A stretch of DNA of 64,000 nucleotides from Myxococcota bacterium (GCA_965247115.1 CBDFGR010000003.1:2496001-2560000); one strand, 5' to 3'. Counted from the stretch's first letter, positions 26,651 to 37,274 are shown. Made by a program: numbers and translations. Notes: generated by a model not told the origin, from the letters alone.

Positions 26651-28789
26651 TCAGTGCTCCCAGGCGTCCGCTGCGGGCGGTGCGGGATCCATGTCCTCGC
26701 AGCGCGTGTATTCAATCGACCCGTTCGACAGGACATGGGAGACGTCGCCGCCCTCGCGCTCGAAGCTCAGGGTGACGCTCTTTTCGGCGACGAGCTCGAG
26801 CTCCACGTCCTGGGGCGGCTTGCTGTCTAACCGGAGCTGGTAGCGGCCCTCAGGGAGGAGGATCTGCTCGTTCGCACCGAGTGCGCCCTCGCCCACGACC
26901 TCGTCATCACGCAGCACCTCGAAGGCTGTCCCGACGGTCACGGCCAACGCGCCTCTCAGCTCCTCGCCCGACTGCGCCGTGAAGTAGCGACCACCCGAGG
27001 CGGTCGCAATGGCCTCGAGGCGATCCGCATCTTCGTCCGCTGCGTTTCCGAGCCCGAAGCCGATCACGTGAACCACGGTATCTCGCTGCGCGAGCTCACG
27101 AGCGACCTCGATGGGATCCCCGCCACAGCTCTCGATACCGTCGGTCACGAGCACGACCGCGCGTTCGCCAGCGAAGTCTCCGAAGTCGGCCGCCACCTGA
27201 CCCAACGAGTAAGCGAGGGGCGTCTGTCCGCGCGGGCGGAAGCTGGCAATCGCCTCGCGGACCGCGGACCGGTTGTCCGCGCGGAGCGGTACCAGTAGCT
27301 CGGAGTCAGTGCAGTTGCGCAGCTCGCGCGGATGCCTGTGTCCGTAAACGCGCAGCGAGAGCCGAAGGTCGGGTGGCAGCGCGTTCAACGCCTCGTCCAG
27401 GATCTGTTTTGCAATGCTGATCTTCGGCGTTCCGTCGAGCTGACCCCACATGCTGTTCGATGCATCGACCACCATCGCGACGGCTCGATCGGAGATGGAC
27501 AATGTCGGCTGCCCGTCCGCGAGCGCGGTCACCTGCAGCTCCGAGCAGCCGTCCGGACGGACGGAGACCATGACCGACTCCCGTGCGCTGCGGCCATCGA
27601 GGCTCGTCGCAACGACACGCACGCGGTGCTCACCCTCCGAAAGCTGCAGGGTGCCCGCAAAGTGACCGTTTGCCAGCGCCGCCTGCTGCGGAGGCGAGCC
27701 ATCGACTCGGAGCATCACGCTGTCCACCTCGAGCTTCGGCCACGCTCCCTCGAACTCTGCAGGTAGACCGACGAACGCATCGACGTCCCCTTCGACGACG
27801 ACCTCCGAATCGCGGCGCCCGAGCACCGTCCCCTCGACAGGGGAGACAATTCGCAGCGCCATCTCACCGGAGACGATTACGCTGACCGCGGCCTCGCTCG
27901 TTTCGCCGCTCAGGCTGGTCGCCGTAGCAACGATCCGGTTCTCACCGGGGCGCAGTGGCACTCGACCCGAGAAGGTGCCCCCGACCATGCGCGCCGGCAG
28001 CGGCGCGGCGCCGTTCACTTGCAGCGTCACCCGCTCGACTCCCGTCGTGCGGAGATTCATAAACGCCTCGGGAAGTCGCTCGGGATCGACGACCCCGACG
28101 AAGCTGCCTCCTGTTCCGGCCGCGACGCCCCGCAGTATCGTCTCGCCGGCTTCGCTCGCGCCGAGCAGGATCGTATGGACGACCACGCCGCTCTGGCGCG
28201 TCTCGAGCATTGCCTCATGGGCCCGTTTGGCGTGCGACTTCCCATCTGTAAAGAGCATGATCACGCGCGTGGAGTTGATCCTCGGATCGCGGTCAAGCTC
28301 GACGAGGGCGGTGCGGATCCCCGCAGCGATGTCGGTGGTGCCATCCCTGTCGAGACCCTCGATCGCCTCGACGGCCGCGTCCCGATCCGCCGTGAGCGGC
28401 AGGACGAGAGAGGCCTTCGAATCGAAGTCGACCACACCAACGCGCATGTCGCCACGATCGGGCAGGCTGCGCACCAGGCGGACGGCCCCCGCCGCGCGAT
28501 GGTCCTCGGGATCCGTGCTCCGCAGGCTCTGAGAGCTGTCGAGCACGAGCACCAGATCCAGGTACTCGACGCCACCAAAGACCGAGGCGCCGCCCTTCAC
28601 GTCTAGCGACGACTCCCAGTGACGCAGCTCCAGGTCCGTGTAAGGGCTCTGAATTGCGACCCGGAGCTCCCCTCTGCGAGCCAGCTCGGATTCCCAGCTC
28701 ATGCCGGGAGGCAGCTCCCAGAGCTCGGGATCGACCGAGGCACATGCGGACAGAAGTGCGATGAGTGAGACGGCGAGAACGCTTCGCAT
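26651..28789 (-). CDS. lipoprotein with two vWA domains separated by Ig-like repeats
   Basis: Lipobox LLSAC; MIDAS motifs DSSQS/FTDG and DASNS/VTDG. Confidence 0.85.
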   Translation of the reverse strand: MRSVLAVSLIALLSACASVDPELWELPPGMSWESELARRGELRVAIQSPYTDLELRHWESSLDVKGGASVFGGVEYLDLVLVLDSSQSLRSTDPEDHRAAGAVRLVRSLPDRGDMRVGVVDFDSKASLVLPLTADRDAAVEAIEGLDRDGTTDIAAGIRTALVELDRDPRINSTRVIMLFTDGKSHAKRAHEAMLETRQSGVVVHTILLGASEAGETILRGVAAGTGGSFVGVVDPERLPEAFMNLRTTGVERVTLQVNGAAPLPARMVGGTFSGRVPLRPGENRIVATATSLSGETSEAAVSVIVSGEMALRIVSPVEGTVLGRRDSEVVVEGDVDAFVGLPAEFEGAWPKLEVDSVMLRVDGSPPQQAALANGHFAGTLQLSEGEHRVRVVATSLDGRSARESVMVSVRPDGCSELQVTALADGQPTLSISDRAVAMVVDASNSMWGQLDGTPKISIAKQILDEALNALPPDLRLSLRVYGHRHPRELRNCTDSELLVPLRADNRSAVREAIASFRPRGQTPLAYSLGQVAADFGDFAGERAVVLVTDGIESCGGDPIEVARELAQRDTVVHVIGFGLGNAADEDADRLEAIATASGGRYFTAQSGEELRGALAVTVGTAFEVLRDDEVVGEGALGANEQILLPEGRYQLRLDSKPPQDVELELVAEKSVTLSFEREGGDVSHVLSNGSIEYTRCEDMDPAPPAADAWEH

Positions 28790-28903
28790 GGGTAACCCCT
28801 CGGGGCGCGGAACAGTTGCAGCTTCGCCGTATGGTGTCGGCGGGTCAGGACGGCGGCTTGATCAAGCGCGGCGAGTGCGAGCTGCGTTGACGGGGTTGTC
28901 TGC

Positions 28904-29815
28904 TCAGAGATCCCCTGAGGGAGGGGATAGACCCTCTACCTCGTAGGAACCGACCGCGATCGGAGCCAGCGACTCCTCGGCGGAGTAGATCGTGACCTCG
29001 TACGCTCCTTCGTTCCAACCCTCTGGCTGACCCAGCCAGACGTAGCTGTCGCGGTCTACGGCGCCGATCGGGTAGCGGTCGAACACGAGCAGCTCGGGCT
29101 GGTCGAGGCGCTGCCACTTGACCAGCACGGAGTCCAATCCGTACTGGTCGGTCGGAAAGACGGCGTAGATCCTGTCGGAGTCGGAGCCGAAGGCATCGCT
29201 CGGGGCAGTGGGCGTGTTGTCCAGTCCGACGCCCGTCGAGAATTCGACCTGCATGGCCTGCGAAGGAATCTGCTCTGGCGGCGTGACGACCCCGCTCAGG
29301 GCGATGCTCGCCAGCCGCTCGGCGAAGCCGCGTACGTCCGAGATCTCCTCGAGCTCCGCCTCGCTGAAGAGCGCGGTGCCCGACACGGTGTCGATCAGCT
29401 CGAACTCGCTCATCCCGGCGATGAAACCACCGATCAGCTCCGCGCTCTCTGCATCGAGCTGCTGACCGAGCAAGCCGACGATCGGCAGCTCTCGAGGAGA
29501 GGGAGCCTCGGCGCTTCTGGCCGCGTTCGACCAGGCCTCGGAGGGAGTCGCCGCAGCGGCTCTCAGCAGTGCGTCCCAGGGGACATCGCCGGGCGCCGCG
29601 GACTCCGTCGCTGCGACCGTCGTTGTCGAGATCGCAGCCGCCGCGGTCCCACCAGGAGCGGATTGCACGCGCCCGATCCGCACCCCGAGAAACAGGCCCA
29701 TCACAAAAGCGAGTCCCGTAGCGATACACGCGAGGCGCAGCGGACGCGCGCTTCGTGGAACCTCTCCCCGACTCGGTCGGGTGCCAAGTCGAGGAGCCTG
29801 CGCTCCAGGCGCCAC
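28904..29815 (-). CDS. hypothetical membrane-anchored protein
   Basis: N-terminal TM; acidic helical middle; C-terminal Ig-like beta domain; abuts the upstream gene. Confidence 0.65.
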   Translation of the reverse strand: MAPGAQAPRLGTRPSRGEVPRSARPLRLACIATGLAFVMGLFLGVRIGRVQSAPGGTAAAAISTTTVAATESAAPGDVPWDALLRAAAATPSEAWSNAARSAEAPSPRELPIVGLLGQQLDAESAELIGGFIAGMSEFELIDTVSGTALFSEAELEEISDVRGFAERLASIALSGVVTPPEQIPSQAMQVEFSTGVGLDNTPTAPSDAFGSDSDRIYAVFPTDQYGLDSVLVKWQRLDQPELLVFDRYPIGAVDRDSYVWLGQPEGWNEGAYEVTIYSAEESLAPIAVGSYEVEGLSPPSGDL

Positions 29816-29816
29816 G

Positions 29817-31316
29817 CTAGCGGATGGGCGCGAACGCGATCAGCGCGTCGAGGTCAGCGGCCATGCCGAGGCCGTGGCCAGGCAGAACCATGTCGAACAT
29901 CCCGACCTGATTGTGGAGCGCCATGTAGTTCAGCACGATCGACTCCGCCAGCGAGGTCACGTTGTCCGCAACCCGGGTCGCCGCGGTCTCGACGGAGCCG
30001 TCCGGCCGGAAGTAGCCGATCTGATTCGCGTCGGGGCGTGTGAGCTGCGGCCGCCCTACGGGATCGTAGACCAGGATGAGCGAGGCTGCGGTCGACGAGT
30101 TGTCGCCACGCCAGATGCCCTTGCCACGCCCATCGACCGAGTTGTCGATCTCGCCGTTGCTCGCAACGGAGCCGTCGCTGAGCACGTACAGCATCAGCTG
30201 CTGGCCGCGCAGCGCCGCGAACTCCAGGCAGGCACCCATCATCTGACCCGCGAGGAAGTCACGAATCTCGCCAGTCGCGCGGGAGCTGTCGTGGTAGTCG
30301 TAGCCTCCGTTCTCGATCGTGCCTGCGCCGGCGTAGCCCTCGATCACGAGCTTCATCACCGCAGCGGTCTTCTCGAAGCGGCGCTCGTCCAGCTCGGCCG
30401 CGCTGAAGATGCCTCCATTGATGTCCGGATCGTTCAGGGGATTGAGCGCAGTTGGGTCTCCGAAGCTCGCAACCAGATCCGTCGTCTGCACGTAGCTGCA
30501 GTGGATCAGATCCTCGAGTGCCGGATCTTCTGCCGTCTTCGCGAGCTTCAGATCGCTGAGCTGCTCCATCGCACCCATGACCGACGAAGCGTCTGCCTGG
30601 TCGAGAAGCTCGACCAGCTTGCCCGTGTCCACGAGGCCGCTTGCATCGCTCGCGCGATCGACCTTGGTCGGGCGCACCGCCGGATCCATCTGCGATTGGG
30701 GAGCCTCCGACTTTCCGCCGGAGTCCGAGTTGCGCGTACCGATCAACGCCAGGATGTCACCGTCCGCACCAGCCTTGTTTATCCCGTACATCGGGTTGTG
30801 CGGGTTGTTGTCAGTATCGTTGTCGGAGCGGGCACAGATGATCGTGCCGTTGGTATTGTCACGCGTCGTCTGGGAGGTCTTCGAGATGATGCCTCTCAGG
30901 AACGCGCTATCCGCGTGGAACGCGATGCCGAGCTCCAGGCTGACCTGACCAGCACGGTCTGGCGTCATGCTCGCGGGCAGCCCGAGCTTCTCGTATCCGT
31001 CGAGACCCAGAAAGTCCATCTGACCCCCGGGTCCGCCCACGAGGGCGTTCGACCCCGCAATGTTGGCTCCCCCTGCGAGATCGAAGGCGATGAAGGGCAT
31101 CATGCCTCCGCCACCGGCGACACCGACGCCACAATCGACGACTCCCTGGGCAGCCGCCCTCTGCGGCGAGGCGAGCGACAGCAAGCTCGGCACCATCACG
31201 ATTCCTGCTCCCGAGAGCAGCCCTCTGGCGAGGAAGTCGCGTCGGGAGACGGGCTTCCCGTGACCTTCGAGCTGAAGCAGCGGAGCATCCGGGTTCAGCG
31301 TGGCTTTGCGTTTCAT
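29817..31316 (-). CDS. Tat-exported conserved protein (DUF1501-like)
   Basis: SRRDFL twin-arginine motif; FDLAGG; GGYDYH. Confidence 0.7.
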   Translation of the reverse strand: MKRKATLNPDAPLLQLEGHGKPVSRRDFLARGLLSGAGIVMVPSLLSLASPQRAAAQGVVDCGVGVAGGGGMMPFIAFDLAGGANIAGSNALVGGPGGQMDFLGLDGYEKLGLPASMTPDRAGQVSLELGIAFHADSAFLRGIISKTSQTTRDNTNGTIICARSDNDTDNNPHNPMYGINKAGADGDILALIGTRNSDSGGKSEAPQSQMDPAVRPTKVDRASDASGLVDTGKLVELLDQADASSVMGAMEQLSDLKLAKTAEDPALEDLIHCSYVQTTDLVASFGDPTALNPLNDPDINGGIFSAAELDERRFEKTAAVMKLVIEGYAGAGTIENGGYDYHDSSRATGEIRDFLAGQMMGACLEFAALRGQQLMLYVLSDGSVASNGEIDNSVDGRGKGIWRGDNSSTAASLILVYDPVGRPQLTRPDANQIGYFRPDGSVETAATRVADNVTSLAESIVLNYMALHNQVGMFDMVLPGHGLGMAADLDALIAFAPIR

Positions 31317-31327
31317 GTCGTTCACCT

Positions 31328-33592
31328 CTAGTGAATGGTTACCGCGGCGCTGCCAAGCACCGAGGAGCATGCGGCCTTCACGACGGTCTGCGTGCGACTC
31401 GCATCGCAGGTCGCCGGGGTACAGCCCGCCGTCAGGTCGTCGAACAGCATGTTCAGGACCGGCGAGATCTCTGCGAAGTTAGGCTGCGTCGCGAGCGCCG
31501 TTCCGACCATCTGATCGACGAGCGCATTGATGATGATGTCGCGCTCGACCTGGCTCGCAAAGGCAGTCGGGACCGGCTGGTTGAACTGGAACACCATCCC
31601 GAAGAAGGCCTCGCGCAAGGCGACGGAGTCGACGAGCTCGTTGCAGTACTCCAGCGCGAGCTTCGCGATTCCCACCTGGTGGGAGGACACGAACGAACGG
31701 ATGTCCGTGTCCATCGGAAGCTGCTGGCGCAGGTCGTCGAAGGCCGCCTGTACCGACGCCGTGTTGGGATCGACTCCAGTGATCTCGGACATGGTGTCGT
31801 TGATCCGATCGTAGTCCCGGATGCCGACGTCGGGACCCGGAGGCGTCACGCTCAGGTCCAGGGTGGGCGTCGGCACAACCGCGACGACGCGAACGTCGTT
31901 TCCTGCGATCAGATCGAAGAACACCGCGAACTGATCGAGATTCGATCCGAGCTCCTTTGACACGACAGAGCACAGGGTCGACAGTACCTGCGGCGACTGG
32001 GTCACCGTGGTACTGATCTGGCTGAAGCTCTGGCTCGCGACCGGGGGCGTCCCATTGACCGCAATGCGAATGCTCTCGACCATGAAGCCGTTCGGATTCG
32101 CAGTGGTGAGCGTCGGGAAACAGAACTGGTAGCTGTACGCATCGAACTCGCTGATCTCGAACTCGATGTAGTCGCCCACATCAAGGTAGTCATCCAGGCC
32201 GAAGCGCAGGGTGAACCTGTCGAGCGCCCCCGCGCTGTAGTTCTGCATGATCTGAGTGGGCGTGAGCGCCACGTTGTAGATGGCCACGTGCTTCATCTGA
32301 CCCATCCAGAGCCGGTTGTCGCTGGTCTCGTTCCCGAGCACGAATGTGTAGGTTGGATCCCAGTTCACGAGAGACTCCGCAGCGAACTCGTCCACGTCAT
32401 CTGTGAACTGGCCGTTCACGTAGATCCGTCGGCCGCTCGTCTGGTCGTACGTCGATACGACGTGCTGCAGCGTGGCCTGCAGGTCCTCGTCTGCGTCCGC
32501 AGTCTCGAGTGCTGGCGTCCCGTTGATGCCGATGTTCGGGTCCATGTTGCGGTTCCGGAAGTTGTAGTTGTACAGGGACTGCCCCAGGGTGAAGTTCCGT
32601 GCCCCGGTCCCCTGTGAATAGGTCACGATCCGGGCGGGTCCCTCTTGGATCACGTTTCCAGGCGTGATCCAGGCCTCGATCGAGTAGGCCTGGCTGCCGT
32701 TCCCGCTCGCGATCATGTCGAACAGCTTCTGGCTATCCGTCGGGTTCGACGTCGCCTTTCCGCTGACGATGTTGATCCCGCCACCAGGGATCCACTCGGT
32801 GCCCGTGAGGGTGAGATCCATCGCGGGCTGCACGCCCGACAGATCGCTCGTGACGTCTCCCTGCTCCTCCTCAAAGGTCCAAAGGGCAATGATGTTCCCG
32901 TCAAAGCGCTGCACGTCGACCTGGGTCGCGTTTGCAAAGCTGTTGGTAAAGCTGGCAAGCACGCCGCCGGGCATCGCCGTGCCGGTGCCGGTGCCGCCGC
33001 CGGTCGTCCCCGTTGCGGGCGTGAAGCCGAACAGGTTGCCCCACTCGACGATCGCGGCCGACATCTCGGCCCCGTCCATGGCGCAGTCGCCGCTCCAGCA
33101 GAAGTGGTTGTCCGTGACCAGCCGCTCGACGAGCCGACTGGAGTCGGGCGTCGCAAAGTTGACCTTCTGGTTGTCCACGACCGCGCGATACGCGGTTCCA
33201 ACATCGGGATGCGCGATGTGCGGGAAGCCCGGTCCTGCGCCAGCGTGACAGTTCACGCAGTACAGCTCCGTCAGCGGATAGACCGTCTGCGCGAAGGCAG
33301 CCTCCGGGTCCATGATTCCGGTCGGTGTCGGCGTGGGGGTGAAGACCGGATCCGGAGCTCCGGCGACCGGGTCTCCAGCGACGGGATCCCCGGCGGCCGG
33401 GGCTCCAGCAACCGGACCCGAGGAGCCCGTTGACGCGGTCGTTGCTCCGGACGAACTCCCTCCGCTGCCGCCACCGCAGGCGGAGACGGCAAAGAGAAGC
33501 GCGACAACCAGAGCGCCTAGCTGTTTCGAGTGTGCTGAGTGAGTGAGAGCTCTCATCGATGCCTCCGAGGGGTTCCGGTGTGGGTACGACAT
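31328..33592 (-). CDS. lipoprotein with c-type heme motif and LamG/ConA-like domain
   Basis: Lipobox VSAC; low-complexity linker; CVNCH; SIEAWITP, HVVSTYD..IYVNG LamG pattern. Confidence 0.85.
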   Translation of the reverse strand: MSYPHRNPSEASMRALTHSAHSKQLGALVVALLFAVSACGGGSGGSSSGATTASTGSSGPVAGAPAAGDPVAGDPVAGAPDPVFTPTPTPTGIMDPEAAFAQTVYPLTELYCVNCHAGAGPGFPHIAHPDVGTAYRAVVDNQKVNFATPDSSRLVERLVTDNHFCWSGDCAMDGAEMSAAIVEWGNLFGFTPATGTTGGGTGTGTAMPGGVLASFTNSFANATQVDVQRFDGNIIALWTFEEEQGDVTSDLSGVQPAMDLTLTGTEWIPGGGINIVSGKATSNPTDSQKLFDMIASGNGSQAYSIEAWITPGNVIQEGPARIVTYSQGTGARNFTLGQSLYNYNFRNRNMDPNIGINGTPALETADADEDLQATLQHVVSTYDQTSGRRIYVNGQFTDDVDEFAAESLVNWDPTYTFVLGNETSDNRLWMGQMKHVAIYNVALTPTQIMQNYSAGALDRFTLRFGLDDYLDVGDYIEFEISEFDAYSYQFCFPTLTTANPNGFMVESIRIAVNGTPPVASQSFSQISTTVTQSPQVLSTLCSVVSKELGSNLDQFAVFFDLIAGNDVRVVAVVPTPTLDLSVTPPGPDVGIRDYDRINDTMSEITGVDPNTASVQAAFDDLRQQLPMDTDIRSFVSSHQVGIAKLALEYCNELVDSVALREAFFGMVFQFNQPVPTAFASQVERDIIINALVDQMVGTALATQPNFAEISPVLNMLFDDLTAGCTPATCDASRTQTVVKAACSSVLGSAAVTIH

Positions 33593-33596
33593 GGCC

Positions 33597-34769
33597 TCAG
33601 TCCCCCATGCAGTACGCCGAGACCTCGGCGAACACGCGCTTCATGCTGTAGTTCTGCGCCTCGAAGACATCTGCGACGCGCTCGACCTCGGTGCGATCCG
33701 TCGGGTTGCCCGGTGGCTCCAGACAGATGTGTTCGAAGACCTTCTCCACCTGGCACTGCGAGAACGCGCGGCTCTGCGCGACCTCCTGCCCCAGGCTCTT
33801 GGGTCCGTTGCCTGACGATGCGGCGGCGCGCCAGCCGAGCATTGCGTTCGGTCCCTCGCGCCAGTAGTTCGTCCAGCTGTCATCGACGGTCACGTAGCCG
33901 AAGGGGAAGGCCCCCTCATTGATCAGGTACTTTGGCTGGACCATGCCAGGCGTGTAGATCACGCGCGAAACCGCGTCATCCCACTCGAAGTAGGCAAAGG
34001 CGCCGTTCAGCGGGTCCATGCCGTTGTGGCAGCCGACGCACTTGTTGTGAAAGATGCGACTATCGCCGCCCGGACTCCGCGTGACGTCCTGACGGACTCG
34101 ATCGGAAGACCGGGTGATGTCGTTCAGCGCCTCCATATCGCGGCACAGAAAGTTCATGCCCGTGAAGCGCCAGATTCGCCGGTTCGTTCCCGCCTTGAGA
34201 AAGGCTTCGCCAGCGGCCCGAGTCGTCAGAACTCCCGCCGTATCCGCGGCGGTGAGCTGGGCATCGAGTAGTGCGGACTGCGCCATCGGAACGAGCATCG
34301 CGGGATCGCTCAGATCCACGCGGTTCTGCTCGAGATCCTCGTAGTGGGCGTTGTCCGTGTGTGCGTACGGGGTGTTCGACGCGCCTGGTCCACCGACATA
34401 GACCAGATCCGCCGTCAGCACGTCCGTGAACGGACGGTCGTCGCGGATGATCCCGATCGCGGTCGCCGTGTAGTCGTTCAGCGGCGCGAATACGGTCTGT
34501 GCCTCGTTGGTCCAAGGCGTGATGAAGTTCTTCAGCGCCGAGCTGTAGAAGAGCGGATGCTCCATCGCGCGATAGGCGGCGCCAATCGCGTCTCCGTTGA
34601 GCACCATGCCCTCTAGCAGGTCGAGCTCGGCCGACGTAGGAGGTACGCCAACCAGACGATCGTGAATGCGCTTCGCCTGCTCGCGAGGTCCCGCTGCAGC
34701 GGGCAGCGCGAAGGCGAGGGTCAGGGCGAGCACGGCAGCACTAGCCTGCCGGCGACTCGGATATGTCAT
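33597..34769 (-). CDS. secreted conserved protein with CxxCH
   Basis: Signal peptide; AKRIHDRLVGVPP; CVGCH; FSQCQVEKVFEHIC. Confidence 0.75.
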   Translation of the reverse strand: MTYPSRRQASAAVLALTLAFALPAAAGPREQAKRIHDRLVGVPPTSAELDLLEGMVLNGDAIGAAYRAMEHPLFYSSALKNFITPWTNEAQTVFAPLNDYTATAIGIIRDDRPFTDVLTADLVYVGGPGASNTPYAHTDNAHYEDLEQNRVDLSDPAMLVPMAQSALLDAQLTAADTAGVLTTRAAGEAFLKAGTNRRIWRFTGMNFLCRDMEALNDITRSSDRVRQDVTRSPGGDSRIFHNKCVGCHNGMDPLNGAFAYFEWDDAVSRVIYTPGMVQPKYLINEGAFPFGYVTVDDSWTNYWREGPNAMLGWRAAASSGNGPKSLGQEVAQSRAFSQCQVEKVFEHICLEPPGNPTDRTEVERVADVFEAQNYSMKRVFAEVSAYCMGD

Positions 34770-35030
34770 CTCATTCTCCCCATGCCCCGTCGAGATCCAG
34801 GGCTGAGGTGACTTATCGGTCGCTCACGTGGACAACTTGTGACTCTTTTGGAGTTTTTTTGAAGGCAGCGTTCTTTCGACGACAGACCGCGACACTAGCG
34901 TCGTAGCTGCACCCGAAGATCGAGCCAGACTGCCGTTGCCGCCACTCGGGAAGGCGCAGATTACACATCCCGTGTGGCCCGGCCGACAAAGAGGGTGGAG
35001 GCGGCCCTTAGGCGAAGTAAGGAGCAGGTC

Positions 35031-35543
35031 ATGGGCTACCGCACACGATCAACGGTGCTCACGTGGACGTTGGCAGCAGCGCTGGCGCTGGCTGCACAGC
35101 CAGGCCTCGCACTGGAAGCAGGTCAGCGTGCGCCGCAGTTCGCCGTGGACTCCCTGCTGGGGGACAAGGGCGTGGCGCTGAGCGCGTACCGCGGCAAGGT
35201 CGTCTACCTCGACTTCTGGGCCTCCTGGTGCGCCCCGTGTCTGATCGCCCTTCCCGAGCTCGAGAAGTTGCGGAAGGAGTTTCCAGCGGCGCAGTTCCAG
35301 GTGCTCTCCGTGAACCTCGACCGCGACCTGGACAAGGCGCGCCGCTTCCTGCGCGACAACGACGTGAACTATCCCAGTGGCACCGATCCAGAAGGCCGCA
35401 TCGCGGACAGCTACGGCCTCGACACCATGCCCTCATCGTACCTGATCGATAGCAAGGGCGTCGTTCGCTACGTGCATCGCGGCTTCCGCGCCGGTGACAT
35501 CGACGAGATCCGGCAGCACATCCGGAAGCTGCTGAGACGCTGA
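35031..35543 (+). CDS. TlpA-family thiol-disulfide oxidoreductase
   Basis: Signal peptide; DFWASWCAPC; MPSSYLID. Confidence 0.92.
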   Translation: MGYRTRSTVLTWTLAAALALAAQPGLALEAGQRAPQFAVDSLLGDKGVALSAYRGKVVYLDFWASWCAPCLIALPELEKLRKEFPAAQFQVLSVNLDRDLDKARRFLRDNDVNYPSGTDPEGRIADSYGLDTMPSSYLIDSKGVVRYVHRGFRAGDIDEIRQHIRKLLRR

Positions 35544-35980
35544 TGCGTCGGCTCCGCCCCCTCGTCGCCATCGTCCTGGTGGGAGGAATGTTCTCGCTGA
35601 CAGGCTGCCTCTGGGGTGGCGACAACGAGCGCAAGAGCTACTGGCGTCGCGTAGAGAGGATGGCCGACAGTCACAGCTCAGAACGCGCAGGGAGCTCCGC
35701 GCCGACGCGCGCGAGGGAGCGCAGCTCCTCGCGTGAGTCCGAGCGCCCGAGACGCCTCACCCACGAGGGGGGCACGAGGACGCGCGCGTTCCTGGATTTC
35801 CTGCTCGTCCACGGCTGGCTCGTGCGAGTCAAGCCCTGGGAACGCGATCTGGTCGCACTGAAGGAAATGGGGTGGGAGCCGGACTCCCTCCAGTCGCTGC
35901 GGCGGACTCACATCTACTTCAGCAAGGAAGCCTCCCTCGTCGGGGGCAGCGCGGGCGGTGGCGGCTGCGGCTGCAACTGA
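35543..35980 (+). CDS. DUF4266 lipoprotein (extended)
   Basis: Lipobox LTGC; VKPWER; HIYFSKE; C-terminal GGGGCGCN. Confidence 0.88.
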   Translation: MRRLRPLVAIVLVGGMFSLTGCLWGGDNERKSYWRRVERMADSHSSERAGSSAPTRARERSSSRESERPRRLTHEGGTRTRAFLDFLLVHGWLVRVKPWERDLVALKEMGWEPDSLQSLRRTHIYFSKEASLVGGSAGGGGCGCN

Positions 35981-36001
35981 GCGCATTCGGAGGGGCGAGG
36001 G

Positions 36002-37273
36002 ATGAGGGTGAGGGCACGGCGCAGGCAACAGCGTAGGGAACAGGCTCGCGCGCTCCGGCGTCTGCGCGGGAGCCCGACCTTCCGCGCGCTCTGGTCCGGC
36101 GCAATGGCACTTGCGGGTCCAGCGGGCGCGGCGCTGGCCGACTCGCCGGCCGATCGCTGGTCCGTCGAGTACAACCACAGCTTTTACAAAGAGGACGATC
36201 TGGACATCGCGAAGGGCCTCGTGGGCGGCGAGACCGGCCGCTACGAGATCGAGATGCAACAGTTCAGCGTCCGGGCCCCGTTCTCTGACCGCTGGGATCT
36301 CGCCCTGGACATCGTCATCGAGGAGATGTCCGGCGCGAGTCCGATGTACGTGGTTCCGGACGCGGCGGGACAGCCCGTACAGGTGATGAGCGGCGCCTCG
36401 ATCGAAGACGAGCGAAGGGACTTCCTGGTCACCTCGAACCGCTACTTCGACAACGGCCGCCTCGGCTTCTCCGGCGGGCACTCGAGCGAGAAGGACTACT
36501 CCGCCATCAACGCGGGCATCGACGGCGAGACTCACTTCAATGAGGGGAACACGACCCTCTCTGCCGGGCTCGGGATGTCCTTCGACACGATCGAGCCGAC
36601 CGATGCCGCCCTCTTCACCACCCGCCCCGACGAGGAGGACAAGCAGACCTACTCTGTGCTCGTGGGTCTTTCGCAGATCCTCAATCGCGCGACCTTGCTA
36701 CAGACGAGTCTTACGTACCAGTACGGGACGGGATACCTGTCCGACCCGTACAAGCAGGTCTTCGTGCTCGGAGGAATCTTCCTGCCCGACGAGCGGCCCG
36801 ATGTCCGGCACCAGTTCGCATGGCTCTCGCGCTTCCGTGGGCACGTACGCGAGCTAGCCGGCACGCTGCACGCCGACTACACGTTCTCCTGGGACGACTG
36901 GGGTATCAACGCGAACACCTTCGAGATTGCCTGGTACCAGAAGCTGGGCGAGAACCTGCTGATCGTCCCCTCCGCACGCTACTACGCTCAGTCGCAGTCG
37001 AGCTTCTACGTCCCGTACTTCGCGACCCCTCCGCCGGTCGGCAGCACCTACTCGAGCGATTACAGGTTGTCGTCGTACGGTTCCCTCGAGCTCGGGATCA
37101 AGGCGGAGTACACGGCGAGCGGGAGATGGACGCTGGATCACGACATCATCCTCACCCTGACCTGGGATCGCTACTTCTCGAGTGAGGACCTGTCCCTGCA
37201 GGATCATGCGCAGGAAGCGCCAGGGCTCGTCTCGTACTCCGTCTTTACGGTTGGCATCGGGCTGCGTTGGTGA
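36002..37273 (+). CDS. DUF3570 outer-membrane beta-barrel with flavinylation motifs
   Basis: Two MSGAS motifs, EKDY, GYLSDPY, SSDYRLS, C-terminal aromatic; position between DUF4266 and ApbE; start uncertain. Confidence 0.85.
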   Translation: MRVRARRRQQRREQARALRRLRGSPTFRALWSGAMALAGPAGAALADSPADRWSVEYNHSFYKEDDLDIAKGLVGGETGRYEIEMQQFSVRAPFSDRWDLALDIVIEEMSGASPMYVVPDAAGQPVQVMSGASIEDERRDFLVTSNRYFDNGRLGFSGGHSSEKDYSAINAGIDGETHFNEGNTTLSAGLGMSFDTIEPTDAALFTTRPDEEDKQTYSVLVGLSQILNRATLLQTSLTYQYGTGYLSDPYKQVFVLGGIFLPDERPDVRHQFAWLSRFRGHVRELAGTLHADYTFSWDDWGINANTFEIAWYQKLGENLLIVPSARYYAQSQSSFYVPYFATPPPVGSTYSSDYRLSSYGSLELGIKAEYTASGRWTLDHDIILTLTWDRYFSSEDLSLQDHAQEAPGLVSYSVFTVGIGLRW

Positions 37274-37274
37274 G

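Noticed and set aside
29817..31316. Treating the Tat protein as a T2SS GspF partner for the secretin
   Set aside because: It is a soluble Tat substrate without the multi-TM GspF architecture.
33345..33420. 15 bp tandem repeats
   Set aside because: They encode a degenerate PVAG(A/D) linker inside the LamG lipoprotein, which is ordinary low complexity.
34915..34960. GAGCCAGAC and GCCACTCGGGAAGGC resemble pieces of a cobalamin riboswitch
   Set aside because: The elements are in the wrong order and the AGGGAA / GCCCCCGCAACTGT core is absent.
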